NCBI GenBank assembly: GCA_002269645.1
Contig: NIVC01003963.1
Location: forward strand, 1-64,000
DNA: 64,000 bases
Reading direction: 5' to 3'
Source: Macrostomum lignano
Taxonomy: Eukaryota
The notes beneath the pieces are model-generated. The model had not been told where the DNA came from and ran no database searches. It was given only the letters and a program-made list of their open reading frames with translations. The first letter of the stretch is position 1, and every line of letters begins with the position of its first letter. The translations under genes and the position numbers were made by a program. Below, piece by piece: positions 1 through 12,100 of the stretch.

Positions 1-1790
1 ACTCCTGGATCTCCAGCAGCTCCGGTATCGACAGAAGCTCCTGGATCCCCAGCAGCTTCGGTATCGACAGAAGCTCTGGATCCCCAGCAGCTTCGTATCG
101 ACAGAAACTCCTGATCCCCAGCAGCTCCGGTATCGACAGAAACTCCTGGATCCCAGCAGCTCCGGTATCGACAGAAACTCCTGGATCCCCAGCAGCTTCG
201 GTATCGACAGAAACTCCTGGATCCCCAGCATCTTCGGTATCGACAGAAACTCCTGGATCTCCAGCAGCTCCGGTATCGACAGAAACTCCTGGATCGCCAG
301 AAGCTCCGGTATCGACAGAAACTCCTGGATCCCAGAAGCTCCGGTATCGACAGAAACTCCTGGATCCCCAGCAGCTCCAGTATCGACGAAACTCCTGGAT
401 CCCCAGCAGCTTCGGTATCGACAAAGCTCCTGGAACCCCAGCAGCTCCAGTATCGACAGAAACTCCTGGATCCCCAGCAGCTCCGGTATCGACAGAAACT
501 CCTGGATCCCAGCAGCTTCGGTATCGACAGAAACTCCTGGATCCCCAGCAGCTTCGGTATCGACAGAAACTCCTGGATCCCCAGCATCTTCGTATCGACA
601 GAAACTCTTGGATCCCCAGAAGCTCCAGTATCGACTGAAACTCCTGGATCCCCAGCAGCTTCAGTATCGACAGAAACTCCTGGATCCCCAGCAGCTCCAG
701 TATCGACTGAAACTCCTGGATCCCAGCAGCTTCAGTATCGACAGAAACTCCTGGATCCCAGCAGCTCCAGTATCGACTGAAACTCCTGGATCCCCAGCAG
801 CTCCAGTATCGACTGAAACTCCTGGATCCCCAGCAGCTCCAGTATCGACAGAAACTCTGGATCCCAGCAGCTTCGGTATCGACAGAAACTCCTGGATCGC
901 CAGAAGCTCCGGTATCGACAGAAACTCCTGGATCCCCAGAAGCTCCGGTATCGACAAACTCCTGGATCCCCAGCAGCTGCAGTATCGACCGAAACTCCTG
1001 GATCCCAGAAGCTCCGGTATCGACTGAAACTCCTAGATCCCCAGCAGCTTCGGTATCGACAGAAACTCCTGGATCCCCAGCAGCTCCAGTATCGACAGAA
1101 ACTCCTGGATCCCCAGCAGCTCCGGTATCGACAGAAACTCCTGGATCCCCAGCAGCTCCAGTATCGACCGAAACTCCTGGATCCCCAGAAGCTCCGGTAT
1201 CGACAGAAACTCCTGGATCCCAGCAGCTCCAGTATCGACAGAAACTCCTGGATCCCCAGCAGCTCCAGTATCAACTGAAACTCCTGGATCCCCAGCAGCT
1301 TCAGTATCGACAGAAACTCCTGGATCCCCAGCAGCTCCAGTATCGACTGAAACTCCTGGATCCCCAGCAGCTTCGGTATCGACAGAAGCTCCTGGATCCC
1401 CAGCAGCTCCAGTATCGACAGAAACTCCTGGATCCCCAGCAGCTCCAGTATCGACTGAAACTCCTGGATCCCCAGCAGCTCCAGTATCGACTGAAACTCC
1501 TGGATCCCCAGCAGCTTCGGTATCGACAGAAACTCCTGGATCCCCAGCAGCTTCGGTATCGACAGAAACTCCTGGATCCCCAGCAGCTCCGGTATCGACA
1601 GAAACTCCTGGATCTCCAGCAGCTCCGGTATCGACTGAAACTCCTGGATCCCCAGAAGCTCCGGTATCGACAGAAACTCCTGGATCCCCAGAAGCTCCGG
1701 TATCGACAGAAACTCCTGGATCCCCAGCAGCTCCGGTATCGACAGAAACTCCTAGATCTCCAGCAGCTCCGGTATCGACTGAAATTCCAA
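1..1790 (+). repeat. Coding 36-bp tandem repeat (STETPGSPAAPV), about 50 units, many with 1-nt deletions
   Basis: Unit tcgacagaaactcctggatccccagcagctccggta read directly; several units are 34-35 bp. Confidence 0.95.
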
Positions 1791-4700
1791 CTTCTCCTCC
1801 ATCGAGCGGACCTGCCCCGTCCGAGCCTTCAACTTCATCTACATCACCAGCGGCATTGACGACAGTTGCGCCAACAACAGCTGCAACAACGTGTTTAGTT
1901 GGCTATTGCAAAAATGACGGTGTTTGTTCGATCGTCAACAATGAGCGTACCTGCCAATGCCCTGTTAATAGGGGAGGAGATCGTTGTGAAGAACGTATGT
2001 GCTTTTTCTAGCCTCTTGATACAATTTTCTGTGTTGCATTGCTGAAAAAAACATTTTTTCTTCTATTATAGCGGCAAAGATTGTTCGACCAAAGGTCGTC
2101 GTGCAGAAAGACTACGATGAGGACATGAGAGACAACAACAGCCCTGCCGCGCAGAATTTCTGGATTGCATTCGTACAGTTTGTAAGTTAAACGCTTATTT
2201 TAACTAATAAAACTAAGAATACGAGCGTATAAAGTATAAAGTTGTTTTTGTTTCTTTTTTATCATTTTTAAATGCTCACTTACAGATGTTGGCAGTATTT
2301 CGTCGCTCAAGCAACCCAGCATTTGCCAACGCGAGGCACACGCTGATACTGATCAGCCTTGGACCAGGATCTGTTATCACTGAGTTCGACGACAAAATTA
2401 GCGGGCCACAGGTAGACACAATCGAAACAGAGGCAATTTCTTCTGATATCGAGTCTGGCATTTCGAATCTGGCATCATCGAACGAATCATTCTCCAACTT
2501 TACCGTAAGCAATGTATCCTCGGCAGGTAAGTGGATCTCAGTATGAAAATTTGTGAAGTTTTCTATATTCGAACCTACTAAAATAGGATCACTCGATATT
2601 TCTGCATAACATTGCCTGTTTTAGTGCCCAGCCTGTGCTCCAACACCAGCTGTTCCATTTATGCCTCTTGCGACAACAGCTCTACAAACGTTTCAACCCT
2701 CTGCACCTGCAACTTCGGTTATAGAAGCGACTCCAACAATTCATATCCTGGTTACCTCTGCACCCAGGAGTGCAGTTCTACCAGCTGCTCCACCGATGAG
2801 ACATGCATGGAAAACATTGGTGCCAATTTCACATGTAACACAATAACCACAGTGGGCCCGACAGTCGCTCCTGGCACGACTGCAGAGCTCAGCTCTACAG
2901 AAGCTCCAAGAGCAACAGAAATTTCATCAGCATCAACAGCCGATATTGGCTCGACAGAAACTCCTGGATCCTCAGCAGCTCCGGTATCGACAGAAACTCC
3001 TGGATCTCCAGCAGCTCCGGTATCGACAGAAGCTCCTGGATCCCCAGCAGCTTCGGTATCGACAGAAGCTCCTGGATCCCCAGCAGCTCCAGTATCGACT
3101 GAAACTCCTGGATCCCCAGCAGCTTCGGTATCGACAGAAACTCCTGGATCCCCAGCAGCTCCGGTATCGACAGAAACTCCTGGATCCCCAGCAGCTCCAG
3201 TATCGACAGAAACTCCTGGATCCCCAACAGCTCCAGTATCGACAGAAACTCCTGGATCCCCAGCAGCTTCAGTATCGACAGAAACTCCTGGATCCCCAGC
3301 AGCTCCGGTATCGACAGAAACTCCTGGATCCCCAGCAGCTCCAGTATCGACAGAAACTCCTGGATCCCCAGCAGCTCCGGTATCGACAGAAACTCCTGGA
3401 TCTCCAGCAGCTCCGGTATCGACAGAAGCTTCTGGATCCCCAGCAGCTCCAGTATCGACAGAGACTCCTGAATCCACTGCAGCTCCTGGCTCAACCGCCG
3501 CTCCTGAATCCACTGCAGCTCCTGGCTCAACTGCCGCTCCTGGATCCACTGCAGCTCCTGGCTCAACCGCCGCTCCTGAATCCACTGCAGCTCCTGGATC
3601 CACTGCAGCTCCTGGCTCAACCACCGCTCCTGAATCCACTGCTGCTCCTGGCTCAACCGCAGCTCCTGGATCCACTGCAGCTCCTGACTCAACCGCAGCT
3701 CCTGGATCCACTGCAGCTCCTGGATCCACTGCAGCTCCTGGCTCAACCGCCGCTCCTGGATCCACTGCAGCTCCTGACTCAACCGCAGCTCCTGGATCCA
3801 CTGCAGCTCCTGGCTCAACCGCCGCTCCTGGATCCACTGCCGCTCCTGGATCCACTGCAGCTCCTGGCTCAACCGCAGCTCCTGGATCCACTGCCGCTCC
3901 TGGATCCACTGCAGCTCCTGGCTCAACCGCAGCTCCTGGATCCACTGCAGCTCCTGGCTCAACCGCCGCTCCTGGATCCACTGCAGCTCCTGGCTCAACC
4001 GCAGCTCCTGGATCCACTGCAGCTCCTGGATCCACCACTGCTCCTGGATCCACTGCTGCTCCTGGCTCAACGGCAGCTCCTGGCTCAACGGCAGCTCCTG
4101 GATCCACTGCAGCTCCTGGCTCAACGGCAGCTCCTGGATCCACTGCCGCTTCTGGATCCACCGCTGCTCCTGGATCCACTGCCGCTCCTGGATCCACTGC
4201 AGCTCCTGGCTCAACCGCAGCTCCTGGATCCACTGCAGCTCCTGGCTCAACCGCCGCTCCTGGATCCACTGCAGCTCCTGGCTCAACCGCAGCTCCTGGA
4301 TCCACTGCAGCTCCTGGATCCACCACTGCTCCTGGATCCACTGCAGCTCCTGGCTCAACGGCAGCTCCTGGATCCACTGCCGCTCCTGGATCCACCGCTG
4401 CTCCTGGATCCACCGCTGCTCCTGGATCCACTGTCGCTCCTGGATCCACTGCCGCTCCTGGATCCACTACAGCTCCTGACTCAACAGCACATCTTGGATC
4501 CACTGCAGCTCCTGACTCAACAGCAGATCTTGGATCCACGACTTCTCCTGTATGTAACCCTTCTAACTGCAGGTTTGGCGGAACTTGCGTCGGCGTCTCC
4601 AGAGCTTGCAGTTGCAGACCAAATCGTGGAGGACAGTTCTGTGAGAAAAGTAAGCTTACTGACGTGTTCGAACAAAGAATTGAATATTTTTCGGGAAGTT

Positions 4701-6799
4701 TAGGAGTTTAAAAGCTTCTGTAAGCTTTTCAGTAAACATTAAAATACTTGTTCTAAACTGAGTTCGCAACACTTTTTGCATTCTAGAAAAAACGCGCGTT
4801 CGTTGCCGAAACCGGATGCCAAAACTTGTCTTCAAGACTGATTACCTGGACTTTTCACTACCGATAACAGTAGCTCTTTGGCAAGATGTGAAGGCATTCG
4901 TAAGTGCAATTTCTTTCCACAGTTTTTTATTTAGCTTGCTGGTTGAACTTTCGACAAGATAAACTTTGTTGTTTCAGATCATTGGCAGCTTCAGACGGTC
5001 GACTAATGCCAACTTCAAAAATGCTGAGTTCAATTTGGTATTTATTGCGTTCAAATCGGGCTCAGTTTTAGTAGATTACGATTTGGAATTCAGCGTTCCT
5101 GACAGTGCGCCGATCATGTCAGTGGACGAGATAAAGGCAGCCATGGACTCCGGCCTCAGTGCCACCAGCAGCTCCACTTCGAACTACACAATGGATGCAA
5201 ACACAACTGCTACAGGTAAAAGAGCTCCACGTTGCAGCTTTTCGTGACATTTGGGCCCGCACAGATTTGTATTCACGAAAGGCAGTGACATGGAGCATGG
5301 AGTTAGACAGATTTTCACGCCTTTACGCCCGTTTGAGTACGTATCTGTTTGCGTAACGTGCATCTATGCGTGTGTACGCGCGTATATGTGCTCAGGTTTT
5401 AGTAGAAAGTGCAAGTCTAATTCAAGGACTACTTAAGAAGACTGCTTAATAAACGATAACTTAAATCGTTCTTGATCGAATTTCCCACCTTTCTGCTCGT
5501 GTTTCGACTGTCACAAACAGTTACGTCAGCGCCGAAATCACAGCAAAAAGCACATAAACACACTTCCTTGAAATTTCAGCGTACGATTACTGTGCGACAT
5601 CACCGTGCTCGAAGTACGCCACCTGTACTAACTTCGCAAGCAACAGCACCTTCGACTGTAGCTGCTGGAATGGTTTCCTAGACGAGGACACCAGTGTTAA
5701 GGGCACTAAATGTACCGAGCAGTGCAACAGCTCGCAAATTTACTGCTCAGGCAATGGAGTCTGTCGAACGAACGCTTACAATAGAGTCGGCTGCCAGTGC
5801 TTCAGCGGCTACACCGGGGACACGTGCTCAACTGTGTCCCTCACTGATCCAGTGCTGGCCATCGTGATTGCTGTGCCAATTTTATTCGTCATAATTGTGG
5901 TTGTGATTGCCGTGGTTGTGTACATCTACAGGAAGCAGGGCCGGTTCAAGCAGGCCATGATCGATTCGCGCAGTTTCGCGGATGGCGCAGGCTACGGAGA
6001 GGACGGCGGGGCGGATCGGTTCCAACCGATGCCTCCCAGCTCCGCCGGGTCGTTGAAGAATTCGGTAAAGTTTTTTTTACTAGCTGCACTTGCTCAATCC
6101 GCGTACACGTACCCCAAGCACTTCACAAATCCATCAAGGTAGACACACCCAAGCACATCTTTAGCTTACCCAGGTACACACTTGATCACCCCATACATCC
6201 CTTCTAGTATACAATACGTGAACAGCTCATAAATGAAACAAAGTAGGTCACACACTCATTAACAATAAATTAATCCTGGTAGGTCACACATTCATGCCAT
6301 AAATTAACCCAGGTAGGTCACACATTCATATAAACCATAAATTAATCCAGGTAGGTCAGACACTCATTAACCATAAACTAATCCAGGTAGGTCACACACT
6401 CATTAACTATTTTGAATCCAGGTACACACCAAGCAAATCATTAACTCATCCAGGTACATATTCCTCGAGCGAGGCTGGCTGGTCCAGAATTCGGAAACAT
6501 GTACCAACAGGAGCGGCAAGAAAGCGGCGCCAGCATTGACGGATCCATGAACTTCGACCAGCAGCCAACTCCCAGCTTCAGCTATCCGTACAAGCGTTAC
6601 TCAGATTCAACATTCCGCAGTGGGGGAGCGGTGAGTCACCACTATCGACCTAATTTTCTTGCTATTATTTCGATTGCACTTTTATTTACAAGGCATGGTA
6701 ATATGCATCTACTTGCTATTCCAAGAACTTACTATTCCTTTGAAAATTGAATTCCAGGGACCTTCCAGGGCTGAGGAGGATGGCAGGCAATATTTCTAA
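1..6799 (+). CDS. Transmembrane mucin-like protein 1, 5'-partial (PTS-EGF-SEA-EGF-PTS-EGF-SEA-EGF-EGF-TM-tail). Exons <1..1994, 2072..2181, 2286..2526, 2625..4649, 4787..4899, 4978..5215, 5580..6064, 6454..6630, 6758..6799
   Basis: Manual splicing: all introns GT..AG with compatible phases. STETPGSPAAPV and GSTAAP repeats; EGF motifs (CLVGYCKNDGVC..CQC..GGDRC; CNPSNCRFGGTC..CSC..GGQFC); SEA cleavage-type motifs GPGSVI and FKSGSVLV; TM VLAIVIAVPILFVIIVVVIAVVVYIY followed by RKQ; ends GRQYF*. First exon carries apparent 1-nt indels. Confidence 0.85.
2955..4545 (+). repeat. Coding PTS repeats: 36-bp STETPGSPAAPV (~2955-3465), then 18-bp GSTAAP (~3466-4545)
   Basis: In frame within ORF 2612..4711. 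Confidence 0.95.
6195..6460 (+). repeat. Degenerate ~37-bp intronic tandem repeat (ccaggtaggtcacacactcattaaccataaattaat)
   Basis: Several copies seen at the 3' end of intron 6065-6453. Confidence 0.75.
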
Positions 6800-9063
6800 T
6801 AATGATTAATTGTTAAAGACGCTTATAATTTCGACGCTTTGCTACCGATGCTATTTAAGCTGAGCTGTATTGATTTTATTGTATGTACGAGCGTAAGCTT
6901 TATACTGACGTATGTGTTATGGCATCTTCTCCGGTATAGAATAGTGTTCGATAATGTTACGCCGTAAATAGCTTGCTAAATGCTTTTTAAGAATATAAGA
7001 ACATCTAGAAGGTTTTTTTTATCCAGTCGGACTTTTTTGCCGTCACATTTGAAAAAAAAGAAAAAAAGCAGATTTTGTTATTATTTAATTTAAGATTGTC
7101 GGTTTAGTTCAAACCAAGCTTAAACTTTTCTACCGGCAAGCAGCTAAAAATTTGTTTTATTTTAAAAGCAGAATCGACGATATTGTTTTAAAAGCACCGT
7201 TAACTACTCGTAATAATTCGCGTGTGACCTGTTGAATAAGTATTTTTCGTTTATGCGAACGTAAGAGCGTATAAATTTCAATCTAGATATTGGACGTTCC
7301 CTCGTTCGTTTTAACTATTGCTTCTGCTGACTATTTTTATAATATTTTTTGCTCAGAATGTCTGTGATTTAAAATTACGTTTTTTGTAACTTCCTGCCTC
7401 AAATTTTGTCGAGTATTTTGAAAACCGGAACATTTTTGATACTTTTTTGGCCAAAAAATATAACGAGGCGTTTCTGAGTGATATCGACCAGACTGAATGC
7501 CTAGTGCTCGCTTCTGTTCCTCACAAATTCTCAAGTTCAAGACCGACGTCGGGATAAAATTCTCGATGCACTTCATTTTCGCCCTCTTTCCCACCCTCCC
7601 CCACTTTCCTGTCCATTAATCCTGATTATTTTTCGTGTGTCACGGGGTTAGATGGCTTAGATGGGTTAGATGGTCTTTTCTCGGCCCGTCGAAACCCACC
7701 CCACTTTCCTATCCCCACACTAACCCCAATTAATCGCGTGTGTGGCGGGGCTAGAGGGCCGTCTTTATCGGCCCGTCGACACCCACCTACCTCACTTTGT
7801 TATACCGCTATTTATTGATCGTTATTCCAATGGCATGACGTTGGACCAAATACATACATTACAGTCTAAATTTATACAGTTTATATTGATTGTAATATTT
7901 TCGGTAACAAACAAGGTGGGGTAGCAAAAACTTTACTATATCGCACCGTCATAACTGATAAATTTCTCGGAACAAAATATACAATGCATGCTACTTTTTG
8001 GAATCGTGTTATGTGTACAAAGTAGTATTCTTAGGACATTGCACTAAAATGAATACGATAATTGGGCAACTGTTGGGTTATAAGTTATAAAAAGCTATTC
8101 ATACATTATCACAGCGCGTAGTTTTTGAAAAGACAGCGCAGCGCTCGCATCACCCACCCATCTAGCAAGTGACCCACCCACTTTGAAGAAACAATAGTGG
8201 AATTTTTTAACTCAGCCCTGTCAGAATTTTTTAAATAGAGCTACTCCATATTTTTCTGAAACGGCGCAGATAAACAAAAGTTAATCATCTTATCTGCACG
8301 CATAAGCTTCATGATTGCGTAAGGAATATCTGCATAGGCTGTTTTGTACTCAACTCCAAAGAATTCATTTAGATAGACGTAAATAGCCTTCTATAGTGAA
8401 TAATGATCGTTTATAAAGCTCAACTAAAAGCAACAGAAAGGACAGAAAAGATTAATGAGACGACGTCTTAGCAGGTGAATGCGGGGCTAAATCTCTCGCG
8501 CATTCCTGAGACTTCAAAATAAAATTGCATGACGAGGCCGCGGGCTTGTGGTGCCAACAAGTTGCATGCGCCAAGATAACATAGTTAGCGGGCGCACCCA
8601 GAAAGATGAAAAAATATGCTCGCGACATTTAGCCGAACTTATGGGAAGCTAAAATCACCCGTATTTCGGTCGAGAAGCAGGAATGATGGAGTCAAGCAGT
8701 CTTGCCCACTTTGCTGAATTTCGACTCCCTGAGCACGCGCCGCACGAGTACATTTACACCTTATGTGAGCTTCTGTCACTTGCTCACTTATCCAGAATCA
8801 ATAGAATCGTGTCGAATGACATAAACATATTATAAGTGTTCTGTGAGCCCGAGACCGACCATTCACATTCAACGCTTAGTGTATCTTTTGAACTCTGTTA
8901 TTTTGCAACAGAGTCATACTAGCTGTTTAGATTATAGTCGTACGCTAGCACACAACCCAGTCTCACCCGGGCCTCACAGTTGTTTGCTAATTGTTGTTAT
9001 TCGGTCAGCAAGTCTCGTAGGCGAATGCGCGATAGCGGTAGACGCACTGTCGGACTGCTCAAC

Positions 9064-9071
9064 TATAAATA
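9064..9071 (+). promoter_or_regulatory. Candidate TATA box (TATAAATA) of mucin-like gene 2
   Basis: Canonical motif 97 bp upstream of the signal-peptide ATG at 9161. Confidence 0.45.
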
Positions 9072-9160
9072 GGGTGAATATTGCTCAGAAGATAAATGGT
9101 TTTTTGTAAGCTTTTGAGACAACGCTTCAAGAAAGTTAGCTGCTGTTGGTGTCAAGAAAA

Positions 9161-12100
9161 ATGTTGGTGCCCAAGTTTGCGCTGCTACTAGCGCTGCTGC
9201 TTTCGTTGCGTCCGTTTGGTGGTAAGGTTTTCATGACTTGGCTACAGACTTCCAATCTCTGAATAAAATATCTCATTTTAAATCATTATTTGCAGCCTCA
9301 GCGTCAACAACAGCAAGATCTGATGAACCAGCAGCTAACACAGCGTCACCAGGTAAAAATGGCCGAATTTTCATAATTCATAACTCGTGCAAGCCGACTA
9401 ATTGAATGGATAAACTGAATAAATATACATGCCAAATTTCCAGAAACCTCCCAGCTAGTTTCTACACTTCCACCCATCGAGCCAGCAACCGAGGCTATTG
9501 TAAACGGATCTGGCACTCCCGCACTCGAGACTAGCACTCCAGCATCCGAGACTGGCACTCCAGCACCCGAGACTGGCACTCCAGCACCCGAGACTGGCAC
9601 TCCAGCACCCGAGACTGGCACTCCAGCACCCGAGACTGGCACTCCATCACCCGAGACTGCCACCGATCTTACAGCAGAGACACAAGAACCGACTATGCCA
9701 GCTACAGCAATGACAAATGACGCAGGATCAACTCACGAAGGCAGTACACCGATGCCTGAGGCTACTGGTTCAACACCTGAAGCACCCACACCGATGCCTG
9801 AGGCTACTGGATCAACACCTGAAGCGCCCACACCGATGCCTGAGGCTACTGGTTCAACACCTGAAGCACCCACACCGATGCCTCAGGCCACTGGATCAAA
9901 ACCTGAAGCGCCCACACCGATGCCTCAGGCCACTGGATCAACACCTGAAGCGCCCACACCGATGCATGAGGCTACTGGTTCAACACCTGAAGCGCCCACA
10001 CCGATGCATGAAGCTACTGGTTCAACACCTGAAGCGCCCACACCGATGCCTGAAGCTACTGGTTCAACACCTGAAGCGCCCACACCGATGTCTGAAGCTA
10101 CTGGTTCAACACCTGAAGCACCCACACCGATGTCTGAAGCTACTGGTTCAACACCTGAAGCACCCACACCGATGCCTGAGGCTACTGGTTCAACACCTGA
10201 AGCACCCACACCGGTGACTGAGGCTACTAGTTCAACACCTGAAGCACCCACACCGATGCATGAGGCTACTGGATCAACACCTGAAGCACCCACACCGATG
10301 CCTCAGGCTACTGGATCAACACCTGAAGCGCCCACACCGATGCCTGAGGCTACTGGATCAACACCTGAAGCGCCCACACCGATGCATGAGGCTACTGGTT
10401 CAACACCTGAAGCGCCCACACCGATGCATGAAGCTACTGGTTCAACACCTGAAGCGCCCACACCGATGCCTGAGGCTACTGGTTCAACACCTGAAGCACC
10501 CACACCGGTGACTGAGGCTACTGGTTCAACACCTGAAGCACCCACACCGATGCCTCAGGCTACTGGATCAACACCTGAAGCGCCCACACCGATGCCTGAG
10601 GCTACTGGATCAACACCTGAAGCACCCACACCGATGCCTGAGGCTACTGGTTCAACACCTGAAGCGCCCACACCGATGCCTGAAGCTACTGGTTCAACAC
10701 CTGAAGCGCCCACACCGATGTCTGAAGCTACTGGTTCAACACCTGAAGCACCCACACCGATGTCTGAAGCTACTGGTTCAACACCTGAAGCACCCACACC
10801 GATGCCTGAGGCTACTGGTTCAACACCTGAAGCACCCACACCGGTGACTGAGGCTACTAGTTCAACACCTGAAGCACCCACACCGATGCATGAGGCTACT
10901 GGATCAACACCTGAAGCACCCACACCGATGCCTGAGGCTACTGGATCAACACCTGAAGCACCCACACCGATGCCTGAGGCTACTGGATCAACACCTGAAG
11001 CGCCCACACCGATGCCTGAGGCTACTGGTTCAACACCTGAAGCGCCCACACCGGTGCCTGAAACCACAGGATCAACTCAAGTCAGCCCACCGGTGACTGA
11101 GGCAACCGGTTCAACACCTGAAGCACCCACACCGATGCCTGAGGCTACTGGTTCAACACCTGAAGCGCCCTCACCGGTGCCTGAAGCCACAGGATCAACT
11201 GAAGAAGTCAGCACACCGGTGCCTGAAGCTACTGCCTCGACGCCTGTCGTGTCTTACTGGGAAGTGCTTTGCCGAAATTTGATGCCAGGCGAGCCGTACA
11301 AGCCGGAATATGGCGACTTGGCATCGGGAGACGCTCAAGCTTTGAGCGATGATGTGAAAGCGTTTGTAAGTTAATGACACCTGTGCTTAAACACCTTACT
11401 GTGTGCGGTTATTACAGACACATTTTCACAACCTACACAGCTTCTGTCTATAAGTTTACAAGCTTCAAATTAGGGAAAAGAGTTATGGAATCACTTCACA
11501 ATTCCTAATTTCACAACTCCTAAATTTTACAATCCCTAAACTTTAATTCCTCAAGAGGCTCAATCTACAAAATTCACAATTCCAGAACTTCACAATCCAC
11601 AAACTTCTCAATCCCAAAGTTCACAATCCCTAAACTTCACAATCCCCAAGCTTCACAATCCCCAAGCTTCACAATCCCCAAGCGTCACAATCCCCAAGCT
11701 TCACAATCCCCATGCCTAACAATCCCAAGCCTCACAATCCCAAGCTTCACAATCCCCAAACTTCACAATCCCAAGCTTCACAATCCCCATGCCTAACAAT
11801 CACAAGCCTCACAATCCCCCGAGCGTCACAATCCCCAAGCTTCACAATCCCCAAGCTTCACAATCCCCAAGCTTCACAATCCCCAAGCTTCACAATCCCC
11901 AAGCTTCACAATCCCCAAACTTCACAATCCCGATGCCTAACAATCCCAAGCTTCACAATCCCCAAGCTTCACAATACCCAAGCCTCACAATCCCCAAGCT
12001 TCACAATCCCCAAGCTTCACTATACCCAAGCTTCACAATACCCAAGCTTCACAATCCCCAAGCTTCACAATCCCCAAACTTCACAATCCCGATGCCTAAC

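Noticed and set aside
608-4703. Long alternative-frame and antisense ORFs over the mucin 1 repeats (LLDPQQL.., QELQWIQ.., VDPGAA..)
   Set aside because: Stop-free frames are an automatic result of repeating a short unit; only the PTS frame connects to EGF/SEA exons via splice sites.
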